From sequence record DRR723986_2372: 64,000 bases of DNA. One strand, written 5' to 3'. Below, piece after piece: positions 18,793 to 29,417 of the stretch. A program made the translations under genes and the position numbers. How positions within the stretch are numbered: position 1 is the stretch's first letter; every line of letters begins with the position of its first letter. The notes under the pieces are model-generated. The model was given only the letters and a program-made list of their open reading frames with translations, made no database searches and had not been told where the DNA came from.

Positions 18793-19647
18793 ATGCCACT
18801 TCCAACACGCCAGCTCGGCCGCACTCGTTTGCACGTCACCCAGCTCGGCTATGGCAGCATGGGGCTACGAGGCCCCAAGACTTGGGGGAAACGTGTCGTC
18901 GATGATGCGCAGGCTGAAACGATATTAAACCAGGTGCTCGATTCTGGCATCAACTTCATCGATACCGCACCCGATTACGGCGTCGCTGAAGAACGAATCG
19001 GGCGTTTCCTGAGTCATCGACGAAGTGATTTCTTTATTTCAACGAAGTGCGGCTGTGATCCAGTCCAGCATGACGAACATCTTGAGATCCGCCACACTTG
19101 GACTGTTGATCGAGTTAAACGCAACCTGGAAGAAAGCTTGTCGCGATTGCGGATGACGCACATCGACGTCTGGTTTTTCCACGGCGGCCAGGCAGATCAA
19201 CTAAGTGAATCCGGTGTGTTGCAGTACGCGCTGGACGTGAAATCGTCGGGCGTTGTCAGCTACATCGGTGTATCGTCAAAACTGCCTGAGCTGCCAAAGA
19301 TGCTCGATCTGGGAGTCTTCGACGTTATCCAAGCTCCCTATTCGTGCCTGGAGCCGTCCCATGCTGACACACTGCTCCGGGCACACCGACAAGGAGTCGG
19401 GGTTGTTGTCCGTGGCGGAATCGCACACGGAGGGCCCGAGGCCGAAATTCAACGCGACAACGTCAACGCAGCTTGGCAGCAATTCGCTGAGCAGGAAAAC
19501 GCCAAGGGAAGCGACGGTTCGGAGCAAAAACCTGCTGAGTTAATCCTACGTGAGACGCTATCGCAAACCTTCTGTGACACAACCATTGTTGGCACCTGCA
19601 ATGCAGAACACTTACGTGCCAATGTAGCCGTGGCCGCCCAAGCCTAA
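18793..19647 (+). CDS. Aldo/keto reductase
   Basis: LGRT..LGYGSM, GINFIDTAPDYG..EERIG, STKCG, SLSRL, IGVS. Confidence 0.93.
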   Translation: MPLPTRQLGRTRLHVTQLGYGSMGLRGPKTWGKRVVDDAQAETILNQVLDSGINFIDTAPDYGVAEERIGRFLSHRRSDFFISTKCGCDPVQHDEHLEIRHTWTVDRVKRNLEESLSRLRMTHIDVWFFHGGQADQLSESGVLQYALDVKSSGVVSYIGVSSKLPELPKMLDLGVFDVIQAPYSCLEPSHADTLLRAHRQGVGVVVRGGIAHGGPEAEIQRDNVNAAWQQFAEQENAKGSDGSEQKPAELILRETLSQTFCDTTIVGTCNAEHLRANVAVAAQA

Positions 19648-19679
19648 CCGCCGATCAAGCGCAACCGCCGATCAAGCGC
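19646..19679. repeat. 17-bp direct tandem duplication AACCGCCGATCAAGCGC x2
   Basis: Two exact adjacent copies just after the AKR stop. Confidence 0.9.
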
Positions 19680-19718
19680 AACAGCAGCTAGTATGTCGAT
19701 TCGACGCTGATCTGTAGC

Positions 19719-20834
19719 TCAACATGGATCGCATAGCTCGCGAACAATAGCCGTGGGATCACCAGTCCGGGACAATATCTCGCGTTGCCGGGCGGCAAGT
19801 CCCGCTCCCGAAGTGATTTCTTTCACCAACATCAGCTCCGATTCGCAGCCCAGGTCCTGCGCAACGCCTTGCAGATCATCAACCAGTTCGTTCGCTAACT
19901 GACGCACCGAGATAACTTTGTAGTCGCTTGCATCGACCAAGCGAGCTTCGATGCCGTACCGAGCTGCCCGCCACTTATTCTGACGAACCATCATCGGGTG
20001 GCAGTCAAACTGGTAGGCACCTTCGTCAATTTCATCGCCCAATCGTTTCACTAGGCATTGCACCAGTGCAGTCAGGGCGAGGACGTGTTCCATGCTGCCA
20101 GGCATATCGCACATGCGAACTTCCACGGTGCCAAAATTGTGGTGTGGGCGAACGTCCCACCAGATCTCACGTATCGAATTGATAAAGCCTGTGTCGATCA
20201 TGTGATTGACCAACCAAACGTACTCGCTCCAGTTGCGCATCAGGCTAGGAAGGCCCGCCGTGGGCAGCCCCTCCATCAGCTTCGTTCGATACGACTCGAG
20301 CCCAGTGTCCTGATTCTGCCAGTAAGGGCTGGACGCCGAGAGTGCGAGTAGCGTGGGCAAATGCTGCATGATACGGTCGCAGATCATCACCGCTTTGTCA
20401 CCCGAATCGACTCCAACGTGAACGTGCATTCCAAACGTGACCAACCGCCGCGCCATCTGCTGCAGCAGGTTTACCAAGTTGATGTACCGGGGATCATCAG
20501 TCGTCTCCTGGCTTTCCCAAAGACTGAACGGGTGTGTGCCCGCCCACCAAAGCTTTGTCCCTGAATGGGCCGCCGCTTCGCGAAGGTGCAGCAGCTTCGC
20601 GCCCAGGTCGTCTTGGATTTCACCAACGGAGCTGCATACGCCACTAATGACTTCAACACACGATTGAACCAGCTCGTGTTTGTAGCAACCGGCATCCGGG
20701 GCAGTCGACTTGAGGCGTTCCAGTATGCGATTCGACGCACTGGTTAGTTCAAAGCTCTGAGCGTCGACGATTCCCAGCTCAAGTTCGACGCCGATAGTCT
20801 GCTTGGAGTCGCCGTTGAATGAAAGCTTGGCCAT
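19719..20834 (-). CDS. ybdK: YbdK/GCS2-family carboxylate-amine ligase
   Basis: TIGVELELGIVD, FGMHVHVG, LALSASSPYW, WWDVRP, GTVEVRMCD, NKWRAARYG. Confidence 0.92.
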   Translation of the reverse strand: MAKLSFNGDSKQTIGVELELGIVDAQSFELTSASNRILERLKSTAPDAGCYKHELVQSCVEVISGVCSSVGEIQDDLGAKLLHLREAAAHSGTKLWWAGTHPFSLWESQETTDDPRYINLVNLLQQMARRLVTFGMHVHVGVDSGDKAVMICDRIMQHLPTLLALSASSPYWQNQDTGLESYRTKLMEGLPTAGLPSLMRNWSEYVWLVNHMIDTGFINSIREIWWDVRPHHNFGTVEVRMCDMPGSMEHVLALTALVQCLVKRLGDEIDEGAYQFDCHPMMVRQNKWRAARYGIEARLVDASDYKVISVRQLANELVDDLQGVAQDLGCESELMLVKEITSGAGLAARQREILSRTGDPTAIVRELCDPC

Positions 20835-20944
20835 GGGCAGGAGTCCGAGTTCTCAATTTCAAAGTCGATTCTGCGGTTGATTTAACGCTCAATTCCTGCG
20901 CCAACCTGTGCGTATTGGGGCAAGCGACCTCTAACGCAAACCAG

Positions 20945-22201
20945 CTATTCGGCAAAGTGATCGATCGCCATCGCAGCCATTAGCTTAGCACCAATTGCGA
21001 TCGCTCGTTCGTCGACGTCAAAATTTGGTGTGTGCAATGGCTCGTGGCCAATCTGCTGCCCCGCGATCCCAAGTCGAAACATTGCACCGGGGTATTGCTG
21101 CAGATAGAACGAAAAGTCTTCGCTGCCCATGCTGGGCTCCGGAATCACCTCCACCGCCGCAGGATCGATTACCCACCGTGCGTTGTGTTCCAACCGCGAG
21201 ATCAGTTGATGGTCATTGATTACGGCCGGCGCTGCCATCAACGTCGAATATGTCGCTGTGCAGCCGGTTTGATGCAGGATAGATTCACCGACGGCATTGA
21301 TCTTCGAAAGCGCGAGCAACCGCGCGTCGGGATCAAGCGAACGCAATGAACCACGCAATACCGCTTCGTCTGGAATGACGTTGGCGCTGTGGCCAGCCTG
21401 CACCTGCCCAACTGAGATGACGACCGTCTCGTGCGGATTGACCACGCGCGGTAGGCAACGATAAACGGCTTGAATCCAGGCAGACGCGGCGTCGATTGCA
21501 TCATGGCACAAGTGCGGACGCGCCCCATGGCCTCCCTTGCCCTTGAAACGGACCTCGAAAATATCGCAAGCTGCCGTGAAGGTTCCCGCTAATAGGCCGA
21601 TTTTGCCGACAGCTCGAGTTGGATCCACGTGCAGCGCGAGAATTGCATCGACGTCCTGCATCACATCGTGCGAAATCATGTAGCGAGCACCTTCGGCAAT
21701 TTCCTCTGCCGGTTGGAAGACTGCCCGCACGGCCACGTCATGCGGCAGCTTGCCACTCTGATGCATTTGTTGCAAGATTTGCATCGCTCCGACAACCACG
21801 CTGGCGTGAACATCGTGACCGCACGCGTGCATGACCCCATCAACCTGGCTCCGGTAAGAAACAGCTTTCCCGTCAGCGATCGGTAGAGCGTCAATGTCGC
21901 CACGAATCGCAAACTTCTTGCTTTCGCCCAGCCGAGGCGAAGAGACAAAGTCGGCGATCAGCCCCCGCCCCTCAGCGTGTCGCCCTCCAGCAAGTTCAAT
22001 TGTGCTGCCAGCGCCGATAATCTGCGGAGCGATGCCTAGCTGATCCATGACTGTTGCCAAGCGTCGCGTCGTCTCGAACTCTTGCCCTGACAACTCAGGT
22101 ACACTGTGAAGTTCCCGGCGTAGCGCCGTCCACTCGCCCGCAAGCCGGTCTGCAGTCTCGACCAGGTCGGCATACCAGCTATGTTGTTCCAGTTCACGCA
22201 T
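20945..22201 (-). CDS. M20D family amidohydrolase
   Basis: LHSVPELSGQE, RGDIDALP, MHACGHDVH, FQPAEE, GGHGARPH, MGSEDFS. Confidence 0.93.
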   Translation of the reverse strand: MRELEQHSWYADLVETADRLAGEWTALRRELHSVPELSGQEFETTRRLATVMDQLGIAPQIIGAGSTIELAGGRHAEGRGLIADFVSSPRLGESKKFAIRGDIDALPIADGKAVSYRSQVDGVMHACGHDVHASVVVGAMQILQQMHQSGKLPHDVAVRAVFQPAEEIAEGARYMISHDVMQDVDAILALHVDPTRAVGKIGLLAGTFTAACDIFEVRFKGKGGHGARPHLCHDAIDAASAWIQAVYRCLPRVVNPHETVVISVGQVQAGHSANVIPDEAVLRGSLRSLDPDARLLALSKINAVGESILHQTGCTATYSTLMAAPAVINDHQLISRLEHNARWVIDPAAVEVIPEPSMGSEDFSFYLQQYPGAMFRLGIAGQQIGHEPLHTPNFDVDERAIAIGAKLMAAMAIDHFAE

Positions 22202-22367
22202 TTTGGGAGGCAGTCTCGGTCGAGTGCGGTGTGGGTGCGTTGTAGTAGATCGGCTCAGACAATCGGCTTATCGGAATGGCCAGAGTCGTAACGCTTGCGG
22301 TTGAACATCTAGTCTAGTCGATGGCAATTGCGCAAAAGCGAGAGCACTGCTATGGCCACGGCCGGCG

Positions 22368-23501
22368 TCATTGCGCTGCGGAGTTTATACACAAGTCCAC
22401 CTTCGTAGCGATTGCAAGCTCTTCGTTAGTTGGGACGACCAGAGTCTTCACTTTACTGGTGGGATCCGAAATGTCTACCAACGTGCCATTGCATTGTGCG
22501 TTGGTCGACTGGCAGATCGACACACCGAAACAGCCAAGGTTGTCTGAGACAAGTTTCCGAATCTCAGGCGACCGTTCCCCGACTCCTACTGTGAAAATGA
22601 GTGCATCCAAACCGCCCAGAACTGCGAAGAAGCTCCCAACTGTCTTGACGATGCGGCGGACGTAGATATCGACCGCGAGCCGTGCTGCGTCATCATCGCC
22701 AGCGTGACGTGTCATGACAGTTCGCATGTCGCTGTCACCACACAGACCGACGAGGCCGCTGCGCTCATTCAAGGCGGCTTGCACTTCCGCAGCCGACTCA
22801 CCTGTTTCCTGGCAAATCAGCAACGGTATGGCAGGGTCGATATCACCACTGCGCGTTGCCATGACCAGCCCCTGAAGGGGAGTCATCCCCATTGAAGTGT
22901 CCACGGCCCGGCCGCCGAGCGATGCCGTCGCACTAGCTCCACCTCCCAAGTGCAATGATATGCACCGCAAATCCGCTTTGCCACCAAGTTGCCCGATGGC
23001 CAACTTGGTCACGAATTCGTGGCTCGTCCCGTGAAAGCCGTATTTTCGCACGCCATGTTCGCGAAACCATTCGTCTGGCACCGCGTAACGGTAGGCCTGC
23101 GGCGCAAGAGTGGAGTAGTACGAGGTGTCAAATACGAGCACCTGCGGAAGGCCTACATCGGTGAGGCCTTCGGCTACTTTCCTTGCGGCGGGATTATGCA
23201 ACGGCGCAAATGCGTCGAGTCGTTCAAGATCGGAGAGAACTGCAGGCGTGACTTGCGTAGGTCCGCTGAACCGACTGCCGCCTTGCACGATTCGGTGACC
23301 AACGGCATGGATTTCCAAGTCCGACTCGGCAATGATCGCTCGTGCTGTCTCGAGTCGCCAAGCATCCAACTGCGTCTGTGGGCAGTCAGCCTCCGGCTCG
23401 CTTTGATCAATGCAGCCGGAGTCAAGCACTCTGCCACGGCGAGTATCCACACAGGCGTACTTAAGTGTAGTGCTCCCGACATTGAAAACGAGCACATTCA
23501 T
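22368..23501 (-). CDS. ackA: Acetate/propionate kinase
   Basis: NVGSTTLKY, GHRIVQGG, APLHN, KYGFHGTSH, DTSMGMTPLQGLVMATRSGDIDP, PTNEEL. Confidence 0.92.
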   Translation of the reverse strand: MNVLVFNVGSTTLKYACVDTRRGRVLDSGCIDQSEPEADCPQTQLDAWRLETARAIIAESDLEIHAVGHRIVQGGSRFSGPTQVTPAVLSDLERLDAFAPLHNPAARKVAEGLTDVGLPQVLVFDTSYYSTLAPQAYRYAVPDEWFREHGVRKYGFHGTSHEFVTKLAIGQLGGKADLRCISLHLGGGASATASLGGRAVDTSMGMTPLQGLVMATRSGDIDPAIPLLICQETGESAAEVQAALNERSGLVGLCGDSDMRTVMTRHAGDDDAARLAVDIYVRRIVKTVGSFFAVLGGLDALIFTVGVGERSPEIRKLVSDNLGCFGVSICQSTNAQCNGTLVDISDPTSKVKTLVVPTNEELAIATKVDLCINSAAQ

Positions 23502-25298
23502 TTAATCTTTAGTCGCACTCAGGACGGAAACGAACGCTTTCTGAGGAATGTTGACGCTGCCAAATTGCTTCATCTTTGCCTTCCCCTTCTTCTGTTTCTC
23601 GAGCAGTTTCTTTTTTCGTGTTACGTCGCCGCCGTAAAGCTTAGCGGTAACGTCTTTGCGGAAGGCTTGGATCGTTGCTCGCGCGATGATGTCTCCACCA
23701 ATGGCTCCCTGGATCGGAATCTTAAACTGGTGGCGTGGAATCGCTTCGGCCAGTTGCTCGCAGTAGTGTAGCGCGCGTGCTCGGGCCTTGTCGCGGTGAA
23801 CCAAATAAGACAGAGCGTCGATGGGCTCTTTGTTGACAAGAATGTCGACTTTCACAATGTCCGTCTTGCGGTACTCAATCGGCACGTAGTCAAATGAACC
23901 GTAGCCGCGGGTGATCATCTTGAGTTTGCCGTAGAAGTCGAACAAGACTTCACCCAACGGCATTTCGCTGGTCACCTCGACACGCCCCGCCGACAAGTAA
24001 TTCATCGTCTGGCTATCGGATCGGTGCTCTCGACACAATTCCATCACAGGACCAACATATTCCTCGGGAGTGAGGATGGCCGCCTTGATGTAAGGTTCCG
24101 TTGTCGAGTCGATCAGTGAGGGATCTGGCCAGTAGGTTGGGTTATCTACTTCGGTGGTTGTGCCGTCCTTGAGCGTCAAGTTGTACTTCACCGATGGTGC
24201 GGAGATAACAAGCCCGATGTCGAACTCACGCTGGAGCCGCTCCTGGATAACATCAAGGTGCAGCAAGCCCAGGAAGCCGCAACGGAAGCCAAAGCCCAAC
24301 GCGGCGGAACTGTCTTTCTCGTACGTTAAAGCGGCATCGTTGATTGCCAGTTTATCTAATGCTTTGGTCAGATCCTGGTATTCATCGGTACTCATCGGAT
24401 ACACCGACGAAAACACAACCTGCTTCGCCTCCTGGTAGCCGGGGATCGGCTCGGCAGCAGGTCGCTCAAGATGCGTGATCGTGTCACCAATTTCGATATC
24501 CTGGACGCTCTTCACACCAGCGACGATGTAGCCAACCTCACCCACACTCAGTTGTTCGCGAGGGTTCAATTTGAATTGGTTGTATCCCAGTTCATCAACT
24601 TTGTAATCACGCCCTGCGTGCATAAAGTGGATGACATCTTTCGGTTTCAGCGTTCCCTCAAGGATGCGACACTGCAGAATGACACCGCGGAACTTGTCAA
24701 AGTGAGCGTCGAACACTAATGCTTTCAGCGGAGCAGTTGCATCCCCGGTCGGCGGAGGCAAATGCTGCACAACCCCTTCCAAGACGTCTTCAATGCCCAC
24801 GCCCGTTTTGGCCGAGACTGGAATTGCAGCAAAGGGATCGAGCCCAAGCTCGGCGTCGATGGATTCTCGCGCACGATCGATATCGGCGGCTGGCAAGTCA
24901 ATTTTGTTAATGACCGGCAGCAGTTCGAGATCGTACTCCATGGCCAAGTAGAGATTGGCGACGGTCTGTGCTTCAACGCCCTGTGACGCATCGACCACGA
25001 TCAGAGCGCCCTCGCAGGCCATCAATGAACGTCGGACCTCGTGGGAAAAGTCGACGTGGCCCGGTGTGTCGATCAGGTTCAGTTGGTATTCAACACCGTC
25101 GGCCGCTGTGTAGCTAAGCGTGATCGTGTTGCTCTTGATCGTGATGCCCCGCTCACGCTCGATATCCATCGAATCGAGCATCTGTTCATGGAGTTCTCGC
25201 TGCGAGATCCCACCACAGGCCTGAATGAGTCGGTCGGCGAGTGTCGACTTGCCGTGGTCGATATGAGCGATGATGCAAAAATTTCGAATCTGTTTCAT
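23502..25298 (-). CDS. lepA: Translation elongation factor 4 (LepA)
   Basis: IRNFCIIAHIDHGKSTLADRL, LIDTPGHVDF, GFRCGFLGLLH, KLLEKQKKGK. Start trimmed to MKQIRNF. Confidence 0.97.
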   Translation of the reverse strand: MKQIRNFCIIAHIDHGKSTLADRLIQACGGISQRELHEQMLDSMDIERERGITIKSNTITLSYTAADGVEYQLNLIDTPGHVDFSHEVRRSLMACEGALIVVDASQGVEAQTVANLYLAMEYDLELLPVINKIDLPAADIDRARESIDAELGLDPFAAIPVSAKTGVGIEDVLEGVVQHLPPPTGDATAPLKALVFDAHFDKFRGVILQCRILEGTLKPKDVIHFMHAGRDYKVDELGYNQFKLNPREQLSVGEVGYIVAGVKSVQDIEIGDTITHLERPAAEPIPGYQEAKQVVFSSVYPMSTDEYQDLTKALDKLAINDAALTYEKDSSAALGFGFRCGFLGLLHLDVIQERLQREFDIGLVISAPSVKYNLTLKDGTTTEVDNPTYWPDPSLIDSTTEPYIKAAILTPEEYVGPVMELCREHRSDSQTMNYLSAGRVEVTSEMPLGEVLFDFYGKLKMITRGYGSFDYVPIEYRKTDIVKVDILVNKEPIDALSYLVHRDKARARALHYCEQLAEAIPRHQFKIPIQGAIGGDIIARATIQAFRKDVTAKLYGGDVTRKKKLLEKQKKGKAKMKQFGSVNIPQKAFVSVLSATKD

Positions 25299-25652
25299 TC
25301 GACGCGCTTGTTGTTTGGAGCCCGTAAGATATTGCGAAGGCAATAATGCTATTGGAGTCTGATTTTGGTAGCAGAATTTTAGTGTGACACGGGGATATAC
25401 GACAGTCGACGCGTCCCACTTTGGCTCGCGAGATTCCCTTTGGACGCGCAAAGCCCCCATCAACTGCCCAAGTAGGGGCAAGCGGGCTGTTGTGGATGCG
25501 CCTATAATGCAGCTCGGCGGTGAATCTGCGAACCGCTACCTACGCGACGATCGGTCAATTGCGAGCCGCCGCGTACCGCCCAACCGAAATGACACCTCTA
25601 GCGGATTGAAGCTAGCAGCGTTTTATGACTCAGTATCGAGAAGGTCTGTTTG

Positions 25653-26165
25653 ATGCGAAATAAGTTCAACACCTGCTTTGTCGTCCTTTTTTGCTTCGCT
25701 ATGGGCGTCGCTTCGATGAATCAAGCGACTGCGGATGAAGGCGATGCCAAGCTCAAGGAACGCTACGAAAAATTCTCGAAGAAATTCTCGGGCGCAAAGC
25801 TCAAGGGGCTCTTCACCATTGATGGCAAGCCGATGACGGACCTGAAGGACGAGGCTTACGAGATCGTTCGCGCAACAAAAATGCCGCAGGGTGACAAGTG
25901 GCAATTAGAAGCTCGCATCAAGTACGGCAAGAACGACCTGGTTGTCCCTATCCTTCTGGACATCAAATGGGCCGGCGAAACGCCAGTCATCACACTCGAC
26001 AATCTGACGATTCCTGGCCTGGGGACATTTTCATCGCGGGTTGTCCTTGATGGGGAGCGCTACGCTGGAACGTGGCAGCACGACGAAGTAGGTGGACACT
26101 TGTTCGGCAAGATCATCTTGCCTGAGGCCGGCAAAAGCCAACAGGAAGAGGCGCAAGTCAAGTAG
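25653..26165 (+). CDS. Hypothetical secreted protein
   Basis: Signal peptide followed by a beta-rich body (WAGETPVITL..IPGLGTFSSRV..YAGTWQH). Confidence 0.8.
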   Translation: MRNKFNTCFVVLFCFAMGVASMNQATADEGDAKLKERYEKFSKKFSGAKLKGLFTIDGKPMTDLKDEAYEIVRATKMPQGDKWQLEARIKYGKNDLVVPILLDIKWAGETPVITLDNLTIPGLGTFSSRVVLDGERYAGTWQHDEVGGHLFGKIILPEAGKSQQEEAQVK

Positions 26166-26318
26166 CCGGAACAGACCACTGCACCACGACATCAATTCGG
26201 ATTTGTTTTGACCTGTCCGGTGCGACATGCAGTTTGCCTTGAAGGGCAGCAACTAGCAACGTGAACAAAGCAACAACAAGCCAGAATTGACGCAGGCTTG
26301 TGCGAAAGGTTGGAAACT

Positions 26319-27299
26319 ATGGATCGGCGCAAACTACTTTCCTATGCTGCGTTCACCGCCGCGGGAGCCTCCGTTGCTGGAGCCAGTCAAGCGAAGGCGG
26401 CTGGCGGCGTTGCGGGGCCACTTGGCAATGCCAAGTACAACATGAAGAAGTCGATCAATCTTTGGGCCTTTCCTTATCCTGACAAGATGTCGCTCAAGGA
26501 ATGCCTGCAGTTGGCCAAAGATGCCGGCTTCGACGCAATCGAACTCAACTACGATTTGGAAAGCGATCTGTCGCCTGAAAGAACGGCCAAAGATTTCCAG
26601 CGTATTCGCGCGATGGCTGATGAGATCGGCATCGAAATCAGCGGACTCTGCTCATTCCTGTTTTGGCCCTATCCGCTGACCAGTAATGATCCTGCGGAGC
26701 GTAGCCGCGGCGAAGAACTTGCCGGACTGATGCTCGACGCAGCCGCTGAACTTGGCACCGAAAACCTACTGGTTGTGCCAGGAGCCGTTCACATGCCTTG
26801 GCGTGAAGATCACGATCCAACTCCAAACGACGTTTGCCTTCGCCGAGCGAAAGAGTCGGTGGGCAAGATGGTTGCAAAGGCAGAGAAACGTGGCGTTTAT
26901 CTCAACATGGAGAATATCTTCTTCAACGGATTCCTGATGTCTCCGATGGAAATGGTTGATTTTGTCGATGGCTTCGGTAGCGAGCACGTTCAAGTGCACT
27001 TTGATACCGGCAACATCATGGAATACCAATTCCCCGAGCACTGGATTCCGATCCTCGGACGCCGGATCAAGAACGTGCATCTGAAGGAATACACCAAGAA
27101 GGGCTCTGATCACTCTCTTGAGGCCTTCCGGCCGCTCTTGGACGGCACGACCAATTGGCCTGCCGTGATGGAGGCATTCAAGGGGATTGGCTACGATGGA
27201 TACCTCACGTTTGAGTACTTCCATCCCTATCAGCATCATCCCGAAGCGCTGATTTATCAGACTTCGGATTCTCTCGATCGCTTGCTCGGCCGCAAATAG
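26319..27299 (+). CDS. Tat-exported sugar-phosphate isomerase/epimerase (xylose-isomerase-like TIM barrel)
   Basis: MDRRKLL Tat signal; AGFDAIEL, LNMEN, HFDTGN, VHLKE, GYDGYLTFE. Confidence 0.9.
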   Translation: MDRRKLLSYAAFTAAGASVAGASQAKAAGGVAGPLGNAKYNMKKSINLWAFPYPDKMSLKECLQLAKDAGFDAIELNYDLESDLSPERTAKDFQRIRAMADEIGIEISGLCSFLFWPYPLTSNDPAERSRGEELAGLMLDAAAELGTENLLVVPGAVHMPWREDHDPTPNDVCLRRAKESVGKMVAKAEKRGVYLNMENIFFNGFLMSPMEMVDFVDGFGSEHVQVHFDTGNIMEYQFPEHWIPILGRRIKNVHLKEYTKKGSDHSLEAFRPLLDGTTNWPAVMEAFKGIGYDGYLTFEYFHPYQHHPEALIYQTSDSLDRLLGRK

Positions 27300-27448
27300 C
27301 CATCGCCCGCTGGCTTGAGATCGACATAATGCACGTCTGACGATTCGTCGCTGGTGAAGGCTGTTTACCTGCGGCAGGCTCGTCGGCAAAGTGTTTCGCG
27401 CCCGTCCTAGCTGCCCTCGCTTAAATTCAACCCAATCGAAAGCATCGA

Positions 27449-28501
27449 ATGCCTTCCTCTGATTCGCCGAATCCTTCTGCCAGCACGCGTGTTGACTACG
27501 GCAACGATGGCGCTTCCGCCACACTCCATTGGTCGCACCCAACCGATGAACAATTTCTACAGGACGTTCTGGCGGGACTTAGTCGTTCACAGAAGGGGCT
27601 GCCTTGCAAATACCTATACGACCCGCAGGGATCGAGTCTGTTTGATCAGATCTGCGAGCAGCCCGAGTACTACCTGACGCGCACTGAATCCAAAATTATG
27701 CAGGAGAACGCGGGTAATATTGCCGAAGCCCTTGGGCCCCGCCCGGTAGTAGTTGAATTGGGCAGCGGCAGTAGCACGAAAACACGCATCCTGTTGGAGA
27801 ATATTCACGACGCAGCCTACGTGCCTGTCGATATTTCTCGCGAACATCTCTTGCAGACAGCCGAGCGACTGCGCGAGGACTTCCCTGAGCACGCAGTTGC
27901 TCCGGTAGTGGCTGATTTCATGAGCCCGTTTCACTTGTCGGACCAACTGTCCCATTCCGACTTAGATAACTACGGCGAAGTCACCGTGTTTTTTCCGGGT
28001 TCTACAATTGGCAATCTGACACAGCCAGAAGCGGAAACGCTCCTTAAGAACATTGCTAGCTTGACGGACGCCGATGGAGCAGAGTGTCACCCTGGATTGC
28101 TGATCGGAATCGATCTCGTTAAAGACACTGCCGTACTGGAAGCGGCCTACAATGATGCCGCCGGTGTGTCTTCTGCGTTCAGCCTAAATCTACTAACGCG
28201 AATCAATCGTGAGCTTGATGGTAATTTTCAGATCGACCAATTCGCTCATACAGCTAGTTTCAACGCCGATCATTCCCGGATCGAGATCTTTGTAAAGAGC
28301 TTGGTCGATCAAGAGGTTTCTGTGGCGGGTAATGTTTTCAAGCTTGCCGCTGGTGAGAAGATCCACACGGAATACTCGCACAAGTATTCCGTTGATTCGT
28401 TTGTGGAGATTGCAAAGCAAGCCGGTTTTTCGCTCAAGAGCCATTGGACCGACTCAGATGAATATTTTGCAATCCTGCTGCTCTCGCCCAAACCTGAATA
28501 G
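27449..28501 (+). CDS. egtD: L-histidine N-alpha-methyltransferase
   Basis: LPCKYLYD..GSSLFDQIC..PEYYLTRTE, ELGSGSSTKT, FFPGSTIGN, AAYND, IHTEYSHKY. Confidence 0.93.
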   Translation: MPSSDSPNPSASTRVDYGNDGASATLHWSHPTDEQFLQDVLAGLSRSQKGLPCKYLYDPQGSSLFDQICEQPEYYLTRTESKIMQENAGNIAEALGPRPVVVELGSGSSTKTRILLENIHDAAYVPVDISREHLLQTAERLREDFPEHAVAPVVADFMSPFHLSDQLSHSDLDNYGEVTVFFPGSTIGNLTQPEAETLLKNIASLTDADGAECHPGLLIGIDLVKDTAVLEAAYNDAAGVSSAFSLNLLTRINRELDGNFQIDQFAHTASFNADHSRIEIFVKSLVDQEVSVAGNVFKLAAGEKIHTEYSHKYSVDSFVEIAKQAGFSLKSHWTDSDEYFAILLLSPKPE

Positions 28502-28562
28502 GCTTTTCACGATTGCTGATTACGAGCGTTAGGATTTGTTAGAAACCAATGGCGGTGCCGCA

Positions 28563-29237
28563 ATGCTAGAGAGAACGCTAGAGCCGGAAGAAATGGATTC
28601 TGCTGACGAAGCAGATTGCTATGATCAGATGGATCACTCCGAAGTCAACCAAGCCTTTGTGGATGACCTTCTTGCTGGTGGCGAAGTTGGCGAAGCTGTT
28701 TTGGACCTTGGAACAGGAACGGCCCTCATTCCGATCCAGTTGTGCCAGGCGGTGGAGACCTGTCGCGTGATGGCGATAGATGCGGCGGCCAGCATGCTGC
28801 ACGTTGCGCGGCACAATGTGATCAACAGTGGTCTCGAGGGACGCATCGATTTGATGCAAAACGATGCAAAGAGCATACACTGGCTGGACGAGCCCTTTGA
28901 TTGCTTTATCTCAAACAGCTTGGTGCACCACATTCCCAACCCCGCGCCGGCTCTTGCAGAGGGCGTTCGATTAACCAAAGCTGGTGGACGCGTCTTTGTG
29001 CGGGATCTCATGCGTCCGCGATCGAGCGAACAGGTTGAAGAGTTTGTTCAACAGTACGCAGGAGACGAACCAGAGTTTGCTCAGCAGCTTTTCCGGCAGT
29101 CTCTCCACGCCGCACTGACCGTCGACGAGATGCGCGTCATCGTCCAGGAATTAGGCTTTGAAGTTGAGACCGTCCAAGCCACCAGTGATCGCCACTGGAC
29201 CTGGGACGCTCGCAAGCCGATTGATAGCAGCGTTTAA
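28563..29237 (+). CDS. Class I SAM-dependent methyltransferase
   Basis: VLDLGTGTA, SNSLVHHIP, RDLMRP. Confidence 0.9.
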   Translation: MLERTLEPEEMDSADEADCYDQMDHSEVNQAFVDDLLAGGEVGEAVLDLGTGTALIPIQLCQAVETCRVMAIDAAASMLHVARHNVINSGLEGRIDLMQNDAKSIHWLDEPFDCFISNSLVHHIPNPAPALAEGVRLTKAGGRVFVRDLMRPRSSEQVEEFVQQYAGDEPEFAQQLFRQSLHAALTVDEMRVIVQELGFEVETVQATSDRHWTWDARKPIDSSV

Positions 29238-29417
29238 TACATCCTCTAGTATGAATCCAGGCCCTTCGACGTCAGACGGGTGAAATCTAAGTCGTGACGG
29301 GTTATATTCGTTGCGACGTTCGTTCACTTGCCCAGGCAGGCGGCCGAGGCCAGGTTGGTGGCCCGATTTTGCGGCGGCTTGAGGATTACCAGACCACGGA
29401 AATACTACGAGAACTCG

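Noticed and set aside
19719..20834. YbdK ligase acting as EgtA for the nearby egtD
   Set aside because: About 7 kb apart, opposite strand, separate gene clusters; no egtB or egtC present
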